Shown: positions 14,406 through 27,400 of the stretch, piece after piece | How the letters are laid out: every line of letters begins with the position of its first letter | How positions within the stretch are numbered: the stretch's first letter is position 1 | From: Squalus acanthias | Taxonomy: Eukaryota | Reading direction: 5' to 3' | DNA: 64,000 nucleotides | Assembly: GCA_030390025.1 (NCBI GenBank) | Contig: CM059431.1 | Coordinates: 137,084,001 to 137,148,000, forward strand | The notes under the pieces: model-generated | What the model saw: the letters and a program-made list of their open reading frames with translations, nothing else | What the model was told of the DNA's origin: nothing | Database searches by the model: none | Position numbers and translations under genes: made by a program

Positions 14406-14702
14406 TGAAAGTTACAACAATGGGGAAGGCTTTAAAAGCGAAAATAATATAGTAACATTTATATTTTGATCTAATCTAGGTGATTAAAATGTTATGATTT
14501 CGCATTCAATTGTAACGTATCCAAAGCGACGATGTAGTGACAGGTTCTGGCTACGAGGCGGCTCTGTGAATGGGGTTGCTGATGTCTCCCAGCTCAGTTC
14601 TCATCTGGTATTCAATTCAAGGAAACAACACATTCATTAACTAGAGATCAGCAACACCAAGGGAAAATGTAAAAGTTATTTTTTATTTTATTTTTTCACT
14701 TC

Positions 14703-15042
14703 GGATGTGGCCACCACTGGCAAGGCCAGCCTTTATTGCCCATCACTAGTTTTCCTTGGGAATGTGGTGGTGACTCGTCTTATTGAAGCGCTGTAGTCCG
14801 TGAGGTGCAGGTACTCCACAGTGCTGCTGGATAGGGAGTTCCAGGATTTTGAACCAGCGACGATGTCGAAACGATTATATATTTCCACGTCAGGATGGGG
14901 TGTTAATTGCAGTGGAAATTGGAGATGATGGTGCTCCAATGCGCCTGCTGCTCTGTTCCTATATGCAAGATGTCACGAGTTGGAGAAGTGCTCTCGAATA
15001 AGCCTTGGCATGTTGCTATAGAGGATCTTTTAGATGTTACAT
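14703..15042 (-). mobile_element. CR1-superfamily LINE, 3' end (host of the RTE insertion)
   Basis: Reverse complement aligns with + strand copies at 50694-50995 and 58064-58256; sequence resumes at 16716 after the duplicated site AGATG(T/G)TACAT. Confidence 0.8.
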
Positions 15043-15455
15043 CTTTTCTTCTTAGTCAGTCCCTCGGAACCGAGAATGACTTGAATCCACGTTAAAAATG
15101 AGTTCTCAGGTGACTGATGAGTCCAATGCGGGACCTACAGTCTCTGTCACAGGTGGGGCAGACGGTGGTGGAAGGGGCGGGTGATTGAGTTGCTTGGGTT
15201 GACGTGCGCTCCTTCCGCTGTTTGCGCTTGGCTTCCGCTTGTTCCCGGCGAAGAGACTCGAGGTATTCGGCGCCTTCCCGGATGCTTCTCCTCCACTTTC
15301 TACGGTCTTGGGCCAGCAATTTCCAGGTGTCGGTAGGGATGTTGCACTTTTTCAAGGAGGCTTTGAGGGTGTCGTTGAATCGTTTCCTCTGCCCACCAGG
15401 GGCTCTCTTGCTGCGTCGGAGCTCCGAGTAGAGCGCTTGTTTTGGGAGTCTCGTA
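15043..15455 (-). mobile_element. RTE-clade LINE, non-inverted 3' segment with C-terminal CCHH finger and AAG-rich tail
   Basis: ORF ...TRLPKQALYSEL...GGQRKRFNDTLKASLK...CPTCDRDCRSRIGLISHLRTHF*; short 3' UTR ending CTAAGAAGAAAAG at 15043. Confidence 0.9.
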
Positions 15456-15949
15456 CCACTGTACATGGCCTCCTTTGAGCTCACAAAGGCCTTTGACACT
15501 GTTAACCATGAGGGATTATGGAGTGTCCTCCTCAAATTCGGCTGCCCTCAAAAGTTTGTCACCATCCTCCGCCAGCTTCATGACGACATGCAAGCCGTGA
15601 TCCTGACCAACGGTTCCACCACAGACCCAATTCATGTACGGACCGGGGTCAAGCAAGGCTGTGTCATCGCACCAACGCTTTTCTCGATCTTCCTTGCAGC
15701 AATTCTCCATCTCACACTCAGTAAGCTCTGCGCTGAAGTGGAGCTAATTTACAGAACAAATGGGAAACTGTTCAACCTCCGTCGCCTCCAGTCCAGATCC
15801 AAGGTCGTCCCTTCCTCTGTCGTCGAATAACAGTATGCAGACAACGCTTGTGTCTGCGCACACTCGGAGGTCGAACTCCAAACCATCGTTAACACCTTCA
15901 CCGAAGCGTACGAGGGCATGGGCCTTACACTAAACTTCCGTAAGACAAA

Positions 15950-16180
15950 TACGATAGCAAAATACTGTGGATGCTGGAAATTCGAAATAACAACAGAAAA
16001 CGCTGGAAAAACTCAGCAGGCCAGGCAGCATCCGTGGAGAGAGAAAGAGAGTTAACGTTTCAGGTCGATGACCTTTCATCAGAACTGATGAAAGGTCATC
16101 GACCTGAAACGTTAACTCTCTTTCTCTCTCCACGGATGCTGCCTGGCATGCTGAGTTTTTCCAGCGTTTTCTGTTGTTAT
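15950..16180 (-). mobile_element. Penelope-like element terminal fragment forming a near-perfect palindrome, with 14-bp target-site duplication
   Basis: TTCCGTAAGACAAA at 15936-15949 and 16181-16194; inverted arms 15984-16082 and 16085-16183 (99 bp, one mismatch); hammerhead core at the centre. Confidence 0.8.
16050..16086 (-). ncRNA. Minimal type I hammerhead ribozyme motif (mirror core on + strand at 16085-16117)
   Basis: Minus strand AGTT-CTGATGA-A-AGGTC-ATC-GACCT-GAAA-CG-TT-AACT: conserved CUGAUGA and GAAA boxes, 5-bp stem II, palindromic ACGT stem III, AGTT/AACT stem I. Confidence 0.75.
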
Positions 16181-16715
16181 TTCCGTAAGACAAAGGTCCT
16201 TTACCAATCTGCCCCCGCCACACAGTACTGCCCCCCGGTTATCAAAATAGATGACAAGGCCTTGGACAACGTGGACCACTTTCCATACCTTGGGAGCCTA
16301 CTATCAACATGGGGAGACGTCGATGACGAAGTCCTACACCGCCTTCAGTGTGCCAGTGCAGCCTTCGGTCGCCTGAGGAAGAGGGTGTTTGAAGACCAGG
16401 ACCTCAAACCCGGCACCAAGCTCATGGTCTACAGAGTAGTAGTGATACCCGCCCTGCTGTATGCCTCAGAGACATGGACCATGTAAAGCAGGCTTCTCAA
16501 AGCACCGATGAGGTACCACCAAAGCTGTCTCCGCAAGATCCTGCAAATCCATTGGCAGGATAGGCACACCAACGTCAGTGTTCTCGCTCAGGCCAACATC
16601 CCCAGCATCGAAGCTTTGACCACGCTCGATCAGCTCCGCTGCATGGGTCACATCGTCCGCATGCCCGATACGAGACTCACAAAATAAGTGCTCTACTCGG
16701 AGCTCCGAGACGGCA

Positions 16716-17733
16716 AGATGGTACATACTGCAGCCTCGGTGTGCCGGTGGTGGAGAGAGTGACTGTTTGAGGTTGTGGTTGGGGTGCTCATCAAGCGGAC
16801 TGTTTGTCCCGGATTGTGTCGAGTTTCTTCAGTATTGTTGGAGCTGCATCCATGCAGGCAAGTGGAGAGTATTCCATCACACTCCTGACTTCTCCCTTGT
16901 GGGTGTCGGATAGATACTGGGGAGTCAGAAGCTGAGTTATTCGCTGCGGAATATCCAGCCTCTGACCAGCCCTTTTAGTCGTAGCATGTATCTAGCTGGT
17001 CCAGTTAAATTTCTGATCACTTGTGACCCCCAGGATGTTGATTGCGGGGGATTCAACGATGGTAATGACATTGAATGTCAAACGCAAGTGGTTTTCTCTT
17101 TTGAAGGTACTTATTGCCTGGCACTTATTTTGGCGTGAATGAAACTTGCCACTTATCAGCCCAAGCTTGGATGTTGTCCTGGGCATGCTGTATGTTGGCA
17201 CGGACTGCTTCTTTACCTGCGGAATAGCGAATGCAACACTGTGAAATCTTCAGCGAAAATAGGCTCAGTCTGACATTATACCAGAGGGAAGGTCATTGAA
17301 GAAGCATCTGAAGATGCTTGGGCCTAGGACACAGCCCTGAGGAACTTAGGCAGCTTTTTCATGTGGCTGAGATTATTGGCCTCCGACAAACAATGTCTGC
17401 TAGGCATGACTTTAGCCAGTGGAGAGATTTCACAATCATCCCAATCGAATTCAGTTTTGTTTGGATTTCTTACTGCCACACTCGGTCTAATGCTTCCTTG
17501 ATGTAAAGAACAGTCATTCTCACCTCACCTCTGGAATTTATATATTTTATCCATGTTTCGACACAGGATGTAATGAGGACTGGAGCCGTGTGGTCCCTGT
17601 GGAACACAAACTGAGCATCGCTGAGCCGGTTATTGGTGAATAATTGCAGCTTGATGGCACTATCGACATATTCCATCACTTTGCTGATGATTGAAAGTAG
17701 GCTGATATGGCGATAATTGGCCGGATTGGATTT
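16716..17733 (-). mobile_element. CR1-superfamily LINE, degenerate RT region (continuation of 14703-15042), 5'-truncated
   Basis: Minus-strand remnants KSNPANYRHISLLSIISKVME, SDAQFVF, KEALDRVW, PQGCVLGP, NILGVTSDQKFNW. Confidence 0.85.
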
Positions 17734-17824
17734 AAAAAATGAGAAAAAAGAAGCAGGAGTAGGTCATTCGAGGCTGCTCAGCCATTAAATAAGATCACAG
17801 CTTCTGTAGCAGTTCAAAAAAAAA

Positions 17825-18100
17825 TGTGCGGGTTAGGTTGATTTGGCTATGATAAATTGACCCTTAGTGTTAGGGGGGGATTAAATATGTGGGGTTATGG
17901 GGATAAGATGGGATATGTTAGGGGGAATTAAATACGTGGGATTACGGGGGTAGGGTGGGATATGTGTACTGTGGGGATTAAAGCAGGGACAGGGTACTGG
18001 ATTTGGATGATCAGCCATGATCGTATTGAATGGTGGAGCAGGCTCGACGGGCCGAATGGCCTACTCCTGCTCCTAGATTCTATGTTTCTATGTTTCTATG
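17825..18100 (+). mobile_element. SINE core fragment (HE1/V-SINE-like) followed by a CR1 3' end with TTCTATG tail
   Basis: GGTTAGGTTGATTTGGCTATGATAAATTGACCCTTAGTGT core-like sequence; GGGCCGAATGGCCTACTCCTGCTCCT followed by TTCTATGTTTCTATGTTTCTATG. Confidence 0.65.
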
Positions 18101-18114
18101 ACACAACCGAATGT

Positions 18115-18388
18115 TTCAATAGACCATTTCTGAATGAGTCAATCACATTGCTCTGGGTCTGGAGTCAAATACATAGGTCAGACCAGGAAGGAACGGCAGA
18201 TTTCCTTCCCTTAAGGGCATTAGTGATCCAGTTGGGTTTTTACAACAATCTGGTAGCTTTCATGGTCACCATTACGGAAACTAGCTTTTTATTTTCGAAT
18301 ATTTGGGTGGATTTGAACTCACATCTAACAAAATCATCAATCAAGCGCTCGGGAATATTACTTCAGTAAAATAACCACGATGCTACCG
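18115..18388 (-). mobile_element. tRNA-derived SINE fragment
   Basis: Minus head GGTAGCATCGTGGTTATTTTACTG...GAGTTCAAATCC; homologous to 51005-51247. Confidence 0.65.
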
Positions 18389-18409
18389 CACCCATAACCG
18401 TAAGTCAGA

Positions 18410-21400
18410 TTGCTGGTGGTCATCCCAATACTAACAGTGCTGTTGGTGATCCCAATACTAACATTGCTGGTGGTGATCCCAATACTAACATTGCTGGTGG
18501 TGATCCCAATAATAACATTGCTGGTGGTGATCCCAATACTAATATTGCTGGTGGTGATCCCAATACTAACATTGCTGGTGGTAATCTCAATACTAACATT
18601 GATGGTGGTGATCCCAATACTAACATTGATGGTGGTGATCCCAATACTAACATTGCTGGTGGTGATCCCATTACTAACATTGCTGGTGGAGATCTCAATA
18701 TTAACATTGCTGGTGGTGATCCCAATACTAGCATTGCTGGTGGTGATCCCAATACTAACATTGCTGGTGGTGATCCCAGTACCAGCATTGCTGGTGGTGA
18801 TCTCAATACTAACATTGCTGGTGGTGATCCCAATACTAGCATTGCTGGTGGTGATCCAAATACTAACATTGCTGATGGTGATCCCAATACTAACATTGCT
18901 GGAGGTGATCCCAATACTGACATTGCTGGTACTGGTCACAATACTAACATTGCTGGTGGTGATCCAAATACTAACATTGCTGGTGGTGATCACAATACCA
19001 ACATTGCTGGTGATGATCCCAATACTGACATTGCTGGTGGTGATCCCAATACTGACATTGATGATGGTGAACCCAATACTAACATTGATGGTGGTAATCC
19101 AAATACTAACATTGCTGGTGGTGATCCCAATACTAACATCGCTGTTGGTGATCTCAATACTAACATTGCTGTGGTTGATCCCAATACTAACATTGCTGTT
19201 GGTGATCCCAATACTAATATTGATGGTGGTGATCCAAATACTAACATTGCTGTTGGTGATCCCAATACTAATATTGATGGTGGTGATCCCAATACTAACA
19301 TTGCTGGTGGTGATCACAATACTAATATTGCTGGTGGTGATCTCAATACGAACATTGAAGGAGGTGATCCCAATACTAGCATTGCTGGAGGTGATCCCAA
19401 TACTAACATTACTGGTGGTGATTCAAATACTAACCTTGCTGGGGGTGATCCCGATACTATCATCGCTGGTGGTGATCCCAATACTAACATTGCTGGTGGT
19501 GATCCCAATAATAACATTGCTGTTGGTGATCCCAATACTAACATTGCTGGTGGTGATCCGAATAATAACATTGCTGGTGGTGATCCCAGTACTAACATTG
19601 ATGGTGGTGATCGCAATACTAACATTGCTTTTGATGATCCCAATACTAACATTGCTGGTGGTGATCTCAATACAAACATTGCTGGTGGTGATCCCTTTAC
19701 TAAAATTGCTGGTGGTGATCCCAATACTTACATTGCTGGTGGTGATCCGAGTACTAACATTGCTGGTGGTGATCTCAATACTAATATTGCTGGTGGTGAT
19801 CCCATTACTAAAATTGCTGGTGGTGATCCCAATACTTACATTGCTGGTGGTGATCCCAGTACTAAAATTGTTCGTGGTGATCCCAATACTTACATTGCTG
19901 GTGGTGATCCCATTACTAACATTGCTGGTGGTGATCCCATTACTAACATTGCTGGTGGTGATCCCACTACTAACATTGCTGGTGGAGATCCCAATACTAA
20001 CATTGCTGTTGGTGATCCCAATACTTACATTGCTGATGGTGATCGCACTACTAACATTGCTGGTGGTGATCCCAATACTAGCATTGCTGGTGGAGATCTC
20101 AAAACTAACATTCCTGGTGGAGATCGCAATACTAACATTGCTGGTGATGATCTCAAAACTAACATTGCTTGTGGAGTTCTCAATACTAACATTGCTGGTG
20201 GTGATCACAATACTTACATTGATGGTGGTGATCCCAATACTTTCATTGCTGGTGGTGATCTCAATACTAACATTGCTGGTGGTGTTCTCATTATTATAAT
20301 TGCTGGTGGTGATCCCATTACTAACATTGCTGGTGGTGATCCCACTACTAACATTGCTGGCGGTGATCCCAATACTTACATTGCTGGTGGTGATCCCCCT
20401 ACTAACATTGCTGGAGGTGATCCCAATACTAGCATTGCTAGTGGTGGTCCCAATACTAACATTGCTGGTGGTGATCCAAATACTAACATTGCTTTTGGTG
20501 ATCACAATACCAACATTGCTGGTGATGATCCCAATACTGACATTGCTGTTCTTGATCCCAATACTAACATTGCTGGTGGTGATCCTAATACTAACATTGC
20601 TGGTGGTGATCCCAAAACTAACATTACTGGTGGTGATCCCAATGTTAACATTGCTGTTGGTGATCCAATACTAACATTGCTGGTGGTGATCCCAATACTG
20701 ACATTGCTGTTGGTGATCCCAATACTAACATTGCTGGTGGTGATCCTAATACTAACATTGATGGTGGTGATCCCAATACTAACATTGATGGTGGTGATCT
20801 CAATACTTACATTGCTGGTGGTGATCCCAATTCTAACATTACTGGTGTTGATCTCAATACTAACATTGCTGGAGGTGATCCCAATACTAGCATTGCTGGA
20901 GGTGATCCCAATACTAACATTACTGGTGGTGATTCAAATACTAACCTTGCTGGGGGTGATCCCGATACTATCATCGCTGGTGGTGATCCCAATACTAACA
21001 TTGCTGGTGGTGATCCCAATACTAACATTGCTGCTGGTGAACCCAATACTAACATAGCTGGTGGTGATCACAATACCAACATTGCTGGTGGTGATCCCAA
21101 TACTGACATTGCTGTTGGTGATCCCAATACTAACATTGCTGGTGGTGATCCTAATACTAACATTGCTGGTGGTGATCCCAATACTAACATTGCTGTTGGT
21201 GATCCCAATACTAACATTGCTGGTGGTGATCCCAATACTAACATTGCTGGTGGTGATCACAATACTGACATTGCTGTTGGTGATCCCAATACTAACATTG
21301 CTGGTGGTGATCCCAGTACTAACATTGCTGGTGGTGATCCCATTACTAAAATTGCTGGTGGTGACCCCAATACTTGCATTGCTGGTGGTGATCCCAATAC

Positions 21401-24400
21401 TAACATTGCTGGTGGTGATCCCAATACTTCCATTGCTGGTGGTGATCCCAATACTAACATTACTGGTGTTGATCGCAATACTAACATTGATGGTGGTGAT
21501 CGCAATACTAACATTGCTGGTGGTGATCGCAATACTAACATTGCTGGAGGTGATCCCAATACTAACATTGCTGGTGGTGATCCCAATAATAACATTGCTG
21601 GTGGTGATCCCATTACTAACATTGATGGTGGTGATCGCAATTCTAACATTGCTGGTGATGATCCCAATACTAACATTGCTGGTGGTGATCCCAATACAAA
21701 CATTGCTGGTGGTGATCCCATTACTAAAATTGCTGGTGGTGATCCCAATACTTGCATTGCTGGTGGTGATCCCAATACTAACATTGCTGGTGGTGATCCC
21801 AATACTTACATTGCTCGTGGTGTTCCCAGTACTAACATTGTTCGTGGTGATCCCAATACTTACATTGCTGGTGGTGATCCCATTACTAACATTGCTGGTG
21901 GTGATCACATTACTAACATTGCTGGTGGTGATCCCACTACTAACATTGCTGGTGGAGATCCAATACTAACATTGCTGTTGGTGATCCCAATACTTACATT
22001 GCTGGTGGTGATCTCAATACAAACATTGCTGGTGGTGATCCCATTACTAAAATTGCTGGTGGTGATCCCAATACTTACATTGCTGGTGGTGATCCCAGTA
22101 CTAACATTGCTGGTGGTGATCTCAATACTAATATTGCTGGTGGTGATCCCATTACTAAAATTGCTGGTGGTGATCCCAATACTTACATTGCTGGTGGTGA
22201 TCCCAGTACTAAAATTGTTCGTGGTGATCCCAATACTTACATTGCTGGTGGTGATCCCATTACTAACATTGCAGGTGGTGATCCCATTACTAACATTGCT
22301 GGTGGTGATCCCACTACTAACATTGCTGGTGGAGATCCCAATACTAACATTGCTGTTGGTGATCCCAATACTTACATTGCTGATGGTGATCGCACTACTA
22401 ACATTGCTGGTGGTGATCCCAATACTAGCATTGCTGGTGGAGATCTCAAAACTAACATTCCTGGTGGAGATCGCAATACTAACATTGCTGGTGATGATCT
22501 CAAAACTAACATTGCTTGTGGAGTTCTCAATACTAACATTGCTGGTGGTGATCACAATACTTACATTGATGGTGGTGATCCCAATACTTTCATTGCTGGT
22601 GGTGATCTCAATACTAACATTGCTGGTGGTGATCCCACTACTAACATTGCTGGCGGTGATCCCAATACTTACATTGCTGGTGGTGATCCCCCTACTAACA
22701 TTGCTGGAGGTGATCCCAATACTAGCATTGCTAGTGGTGGTCCCAATACTAACATTGCTGGTGGTGATCCAAATACTAACATTGCTTTTGGTGATCACAA
22801 TACCAACATTGCTGGTGATGATCCCAATACTGACATTGCTGTTCTTGATCCCAATACTAACATTGCTGGTGGTGATCCTAAAACTAACATTGCTGGTGGT
22901 GATCCCAAAACTAACATTACTGGTGGTGATCCCAATATTAACATTGCTGGTGGTGATCCAATACTAACATTGCTGGTGGTGATCCCAATACTGACATTGC
23001 TGTTGGTGATCCCAATACTAACATTGCTGGTGGTGATCCTAATACTAACATTGATAGTGGTGATCCCAATACTAACATTGATGGTGGTGATCTCAATACT
23101 TACATTGCTGGTGGTGATCCCAATTCTAACATTACTGGTGGTGATCTCAATACTAACATTGCTGGAGGTGATCCCAATACTAGCATTGCTGGAGGTGATC
23201 CCAATACTAACATTACTGGTGGTGATTCAAATACTAACCTTGCTGGGGGTGATCCCGATACTATCATCGCTGGTGGTGATCCCAATACTAACATTGCTGG
23301 TGGTGATCCCAATACTAACATTGCTGCTGGTGAACCCAATACTAACATAGCTGGTGGTGATCACAATACCAACATTGCTGGTGGTGATCCCAATACTGAC
23401 ATTGCTGTTGGTGATCCCAATACTAACATTGCTGGTGGTGATCCTAATACTAACATTGCTGGTGGTGATCCCAATACAAACATTGCTGTTGGTGATCCCA
23501 ATACTAACATTGCTGGTGGTGATCCCAATACTAACATTGCTGGTGGTGATCACAATACTGACATTGCTGTTGGTGATCCCAATACTAACATTGCTGGTGG
23601 TGATCCCAGTACTAACATTGCTGGTGGTGATCCCATTACTAAAATTGCTGGTGGTGACCCCAATACTTGCATTGCTGGTGGTGATCCCAATACTAACATT
23701 GCTGGTGGTGATCCCAATACTTCCATTGCTGGTGGTGATCCCAATACTAACATTACTGGTGTTGATCGCAATACTAACATTGATGGTGGTGATCGCAATA
23801 CTAACATTGCTGGTGGTGATCGCAATACTAACATTGCTGGAGGTGATCCCAATACTAACATTGCTGGTGGTGATCCCAATAATAACATTGCTGGTGGTGA
23901 TCCCATTACTAACATTGATGGTGGTGATCGCAATTCTAACATTGCTGGTGATGATCCCAATACTAACATTGCTGGTGGTGATCCCAATACAAACATTGCT
24001 GGTGGTGATCCCATTACTAAAATTGCTGGTGGTGATCCCAATACTTGCATTGCTGGTGGTGATCCCAATACTAACATTGCTGGTGGTGATCCCAATACTT
24101 ACATTGCTCGTGGTGTTCCCAGTACTAACATTGTTCGTGGTGATCCCAATACTTACATTGCTGGTGGTGATCCCATTACTAACATTGCTGGTGGTGATCA
24201 CATTACTAACATTGCTGGTGGTGATCCCACTACTAACATTGCTGGTGGAGATCCAATACTAACATTGCTGTTGGTGATCCCAATACTTACATTGCTGATG
24301 GTGATCGCACTACTAACATTGCTGGTGGTGATCCCAATACTAGCATTGCTGGTGGTGCTCCCAATACTAACATTGCTGTTGGTGATCCCAATACTAACAT

Positions 24401-27400
24401 TGCTGGTGGAGATCTCAAAACTAACATTCCTGGTGGAGATCGCAATACTAACATTGCTGGTGGTGATCTCAAAACTAACATTGCTTGTGGAGTTCTCAAT
24501 ACTAACACTGCTGGTGGTGATCACAATAATTACATTGATGGTGGTGATCCCAATACTGTCATTGCTGGTGCTGATCTCAATACTAACATTGCTTTTGGTG
24601 ATCCCATTATTATAATTGCTGGTGGTGATCCCATTACTAACATTGCTGGTGGTGATCCCAATACTTACATTGCTGGTGGTGATCCCCCTACTAACATTGC
24701 TGGTGGTGATCCCAATACTAGCATTGCTGGTGGAGATCTCAAAACTAACATTCCTGGTGGAGATCGCAATACTAACATTGCTGGTGATGATCTCAAAACT
24801 AACATTGCTTGTGGAGTTCTCAATACTAACATTGCTGGTGGTGATCACAATACTTACATTGATGGTGGTGATCCCAATACTTTCATTGCTGGTGGTGATC
24901 TCAATACTAACATTGCTGGTGGTGATCCCACTACTAACATTGCTGGCGGTGATCCCAATACTTACATTGCTGGTGGTGATCCCCCTACTAACATTGCTGG
25001 AGGTGATCCCAATACTAGCATTGCTAGTGGTGGTCCCAATACTAACATTGCTGGTGGTGATCCAAATACTAACATTGCTTTTGGTGATCACAATACCAAC
25101 ATTGCTGGTGATGATCCCAATACTGACATTGCTGTTCTTGATCCCAATACTAACATTGCTGGTGGTGATCCTAATACTAACATTGCTGGTGGTGATCCCA
25201 AAACTAACATTACTCGTGGTGATCCCAATGTTAACATTGCTGTTGGTGATCCAATACTAACATTGCTGGTGGTGATCCCAATACTGACATTGCTGTTGGT
25301 GATCCCAATACTAACATTGCTGGTGGTGATCCTAATACTAACATTGATGGTGGTGATCCCAATACTAACATTGATGGTGGTGATCTCAATACTTACATTG
25401 CTGGTGGTGATCCCAATTCTAACATTACTGGTGTTGATCTCAATACTAACATTGCTGGAGGTGATCCCAATACTAGCATTGCTGGAGGTGATCCCAATAC
25501 TAACATTACTGGTGGTGATTCAAATACTAACCTTGCTGGGGGTGATCCCGATACTATCATCGCTGGTGGTGATCCCAATACTAACATTGCTGGTGGTGAT
25601 CCCAATACTAACATTGCTGCTGGTGAACCCAATACTAACATAGCTGGTGGTGATCACAATACCAACATTGCTGGTGGTGATCCCAATACTGACATTGCTG
25701 TTGGTGATCCCAATACTAACATTGCTGGTGGTGATCCTAATACTAACATTGCTGGTGGTGATCCCAATACAAACATTGCTGTTGGTGATCCCAATACTAA
25801 CATTGCTGGTGGTGATCCCAATACTAACATTGCTGGTGGTGATCACAATACTGACATTGCTGTTGGTGATCCCAATACTAACATTGCTGGTGGTGATCCC
25901 AGTACTAACATTGCTGGTGGTGATCCCATTACTAAAATTGCTGGTGGTGACCCCAATACTTGCATTGCTGGTGGTGATGCCAATACTAACATTGCTGGTG
26001 GTGATCCCAATACTTCCATTGCTGGTGGTGATCCCAATACTAACATTACTGGTGTTGATCGCAATACTAACATTGATGGTGGTGATCGCAATACTAACAT
26101 TGCTGGTGGTGATCGCAATACTAACATTGCTGGAGGTGATCCCAATACTAACATTGCTGGTGGTGATCCCAATAATAACATTGCTGGTGGTGATCCCATT
26201 ACTAACATTGATGGTGGTGATCGCAATTCTAACATTGCTGGTGATGATCCCAATACTAACATTGCTGGTGGTGATCCCAATACAAACATTGCTGGTGGTG
26301 ATCCCATTACTAAAATTGCTGGTGGTGATCCCAATACTTGCATTGCTGGTGGTGATCCCAATACTAACATTGCTGGTGGTGATCCCAATACTTACATTGC
26401 TCGTGGTGTTCCCAGTACTAACATTGTTCGTGGTGATCCCAATACTTACATTGCTGGTGGTGATCCCATTACTAACATTGCTGGTGGTGATCACATTACT
26501 AACATTGCTGGTGGTGATCCCACTACTAACATTGCTGGTGGAGATCCAATACTAACATTGCTGTTGGTGATCCCAATACTTACATTGCTGATGGTGATCG
26601 CACTACTAACATTGCTGGTGGTGATCCCAATACTAGCATTGCTGGTGGTGCTCCCAATACTAACATTGCTGTTGGTGATCCCAATACTAACATTGCTTGT
26701 GGAGATCTCAAAACTAACATTCCTGGTGGAGATCGCAATACTAACATTGCTGGTGGTGATCTCAAAACTAACATTGCTTGTGGAGTTCTCAATACTAACA
26801 CTGCTGGTGGTGATCACAAGAATTACATTGATGGTGGTGATCCCAATACTGTCATTGCTGGTGCTGATCTCAATACTAACATTGCTTTTGGTGATCCCAT
26901 TATTATAATTGCTGGTGGTGATCCCATTACTAACATTGCTGGTGGTGATCCCAATACTTACATTGCTGGTGGTGATCCCCCTACTAACATTGCTGGAGGT
27001 GATTCCAATACTAGCATTGCTGGTGGTGATCCCAATACTAACATTGCTGGTGGTGATCCCAATACTAACATTGCTGGTGGAGATCTCAAAACTAACATTG
27101 CTGGTGGTGATCCCAAAACTAACATTGCTGGAGGTGATCCCAATACTAACATTACTGGTGGTGATTCAAATACTACCCTTGCTGGGGGTGATCCCGATAC
27201 TATCATCGCTGGTGGTGATCCCAAAACTCACATTTCTGGTGGTGATCCCAGTACTAACATTGCTGGTGGTGATCTCAATACTAACATTGCTGGTGGTGAT
27301 CCCATTACTAAAATTGCTGGTGGTGATCCCAATACTTACATTGCTGGTGGTGATCCCAGTACTAACATTGTTCGTGGTGATCCCAATACTTACATTGCTG

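Larger units (their letters stand above)
15455..16715 (+). mobile_element. RTE-clade LINE, inverted upstream segment encoding a degenerate reverse transcriptase
   Basis: LTKAFDTVN, GVKQGCVIAPTLFSIF, QYADN (YADD-like), FPYLGS, LLYASETWT, LRKILQIHWQDR; in-frame stops; interrupted at 15950-16180. Confidence 0.92.
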
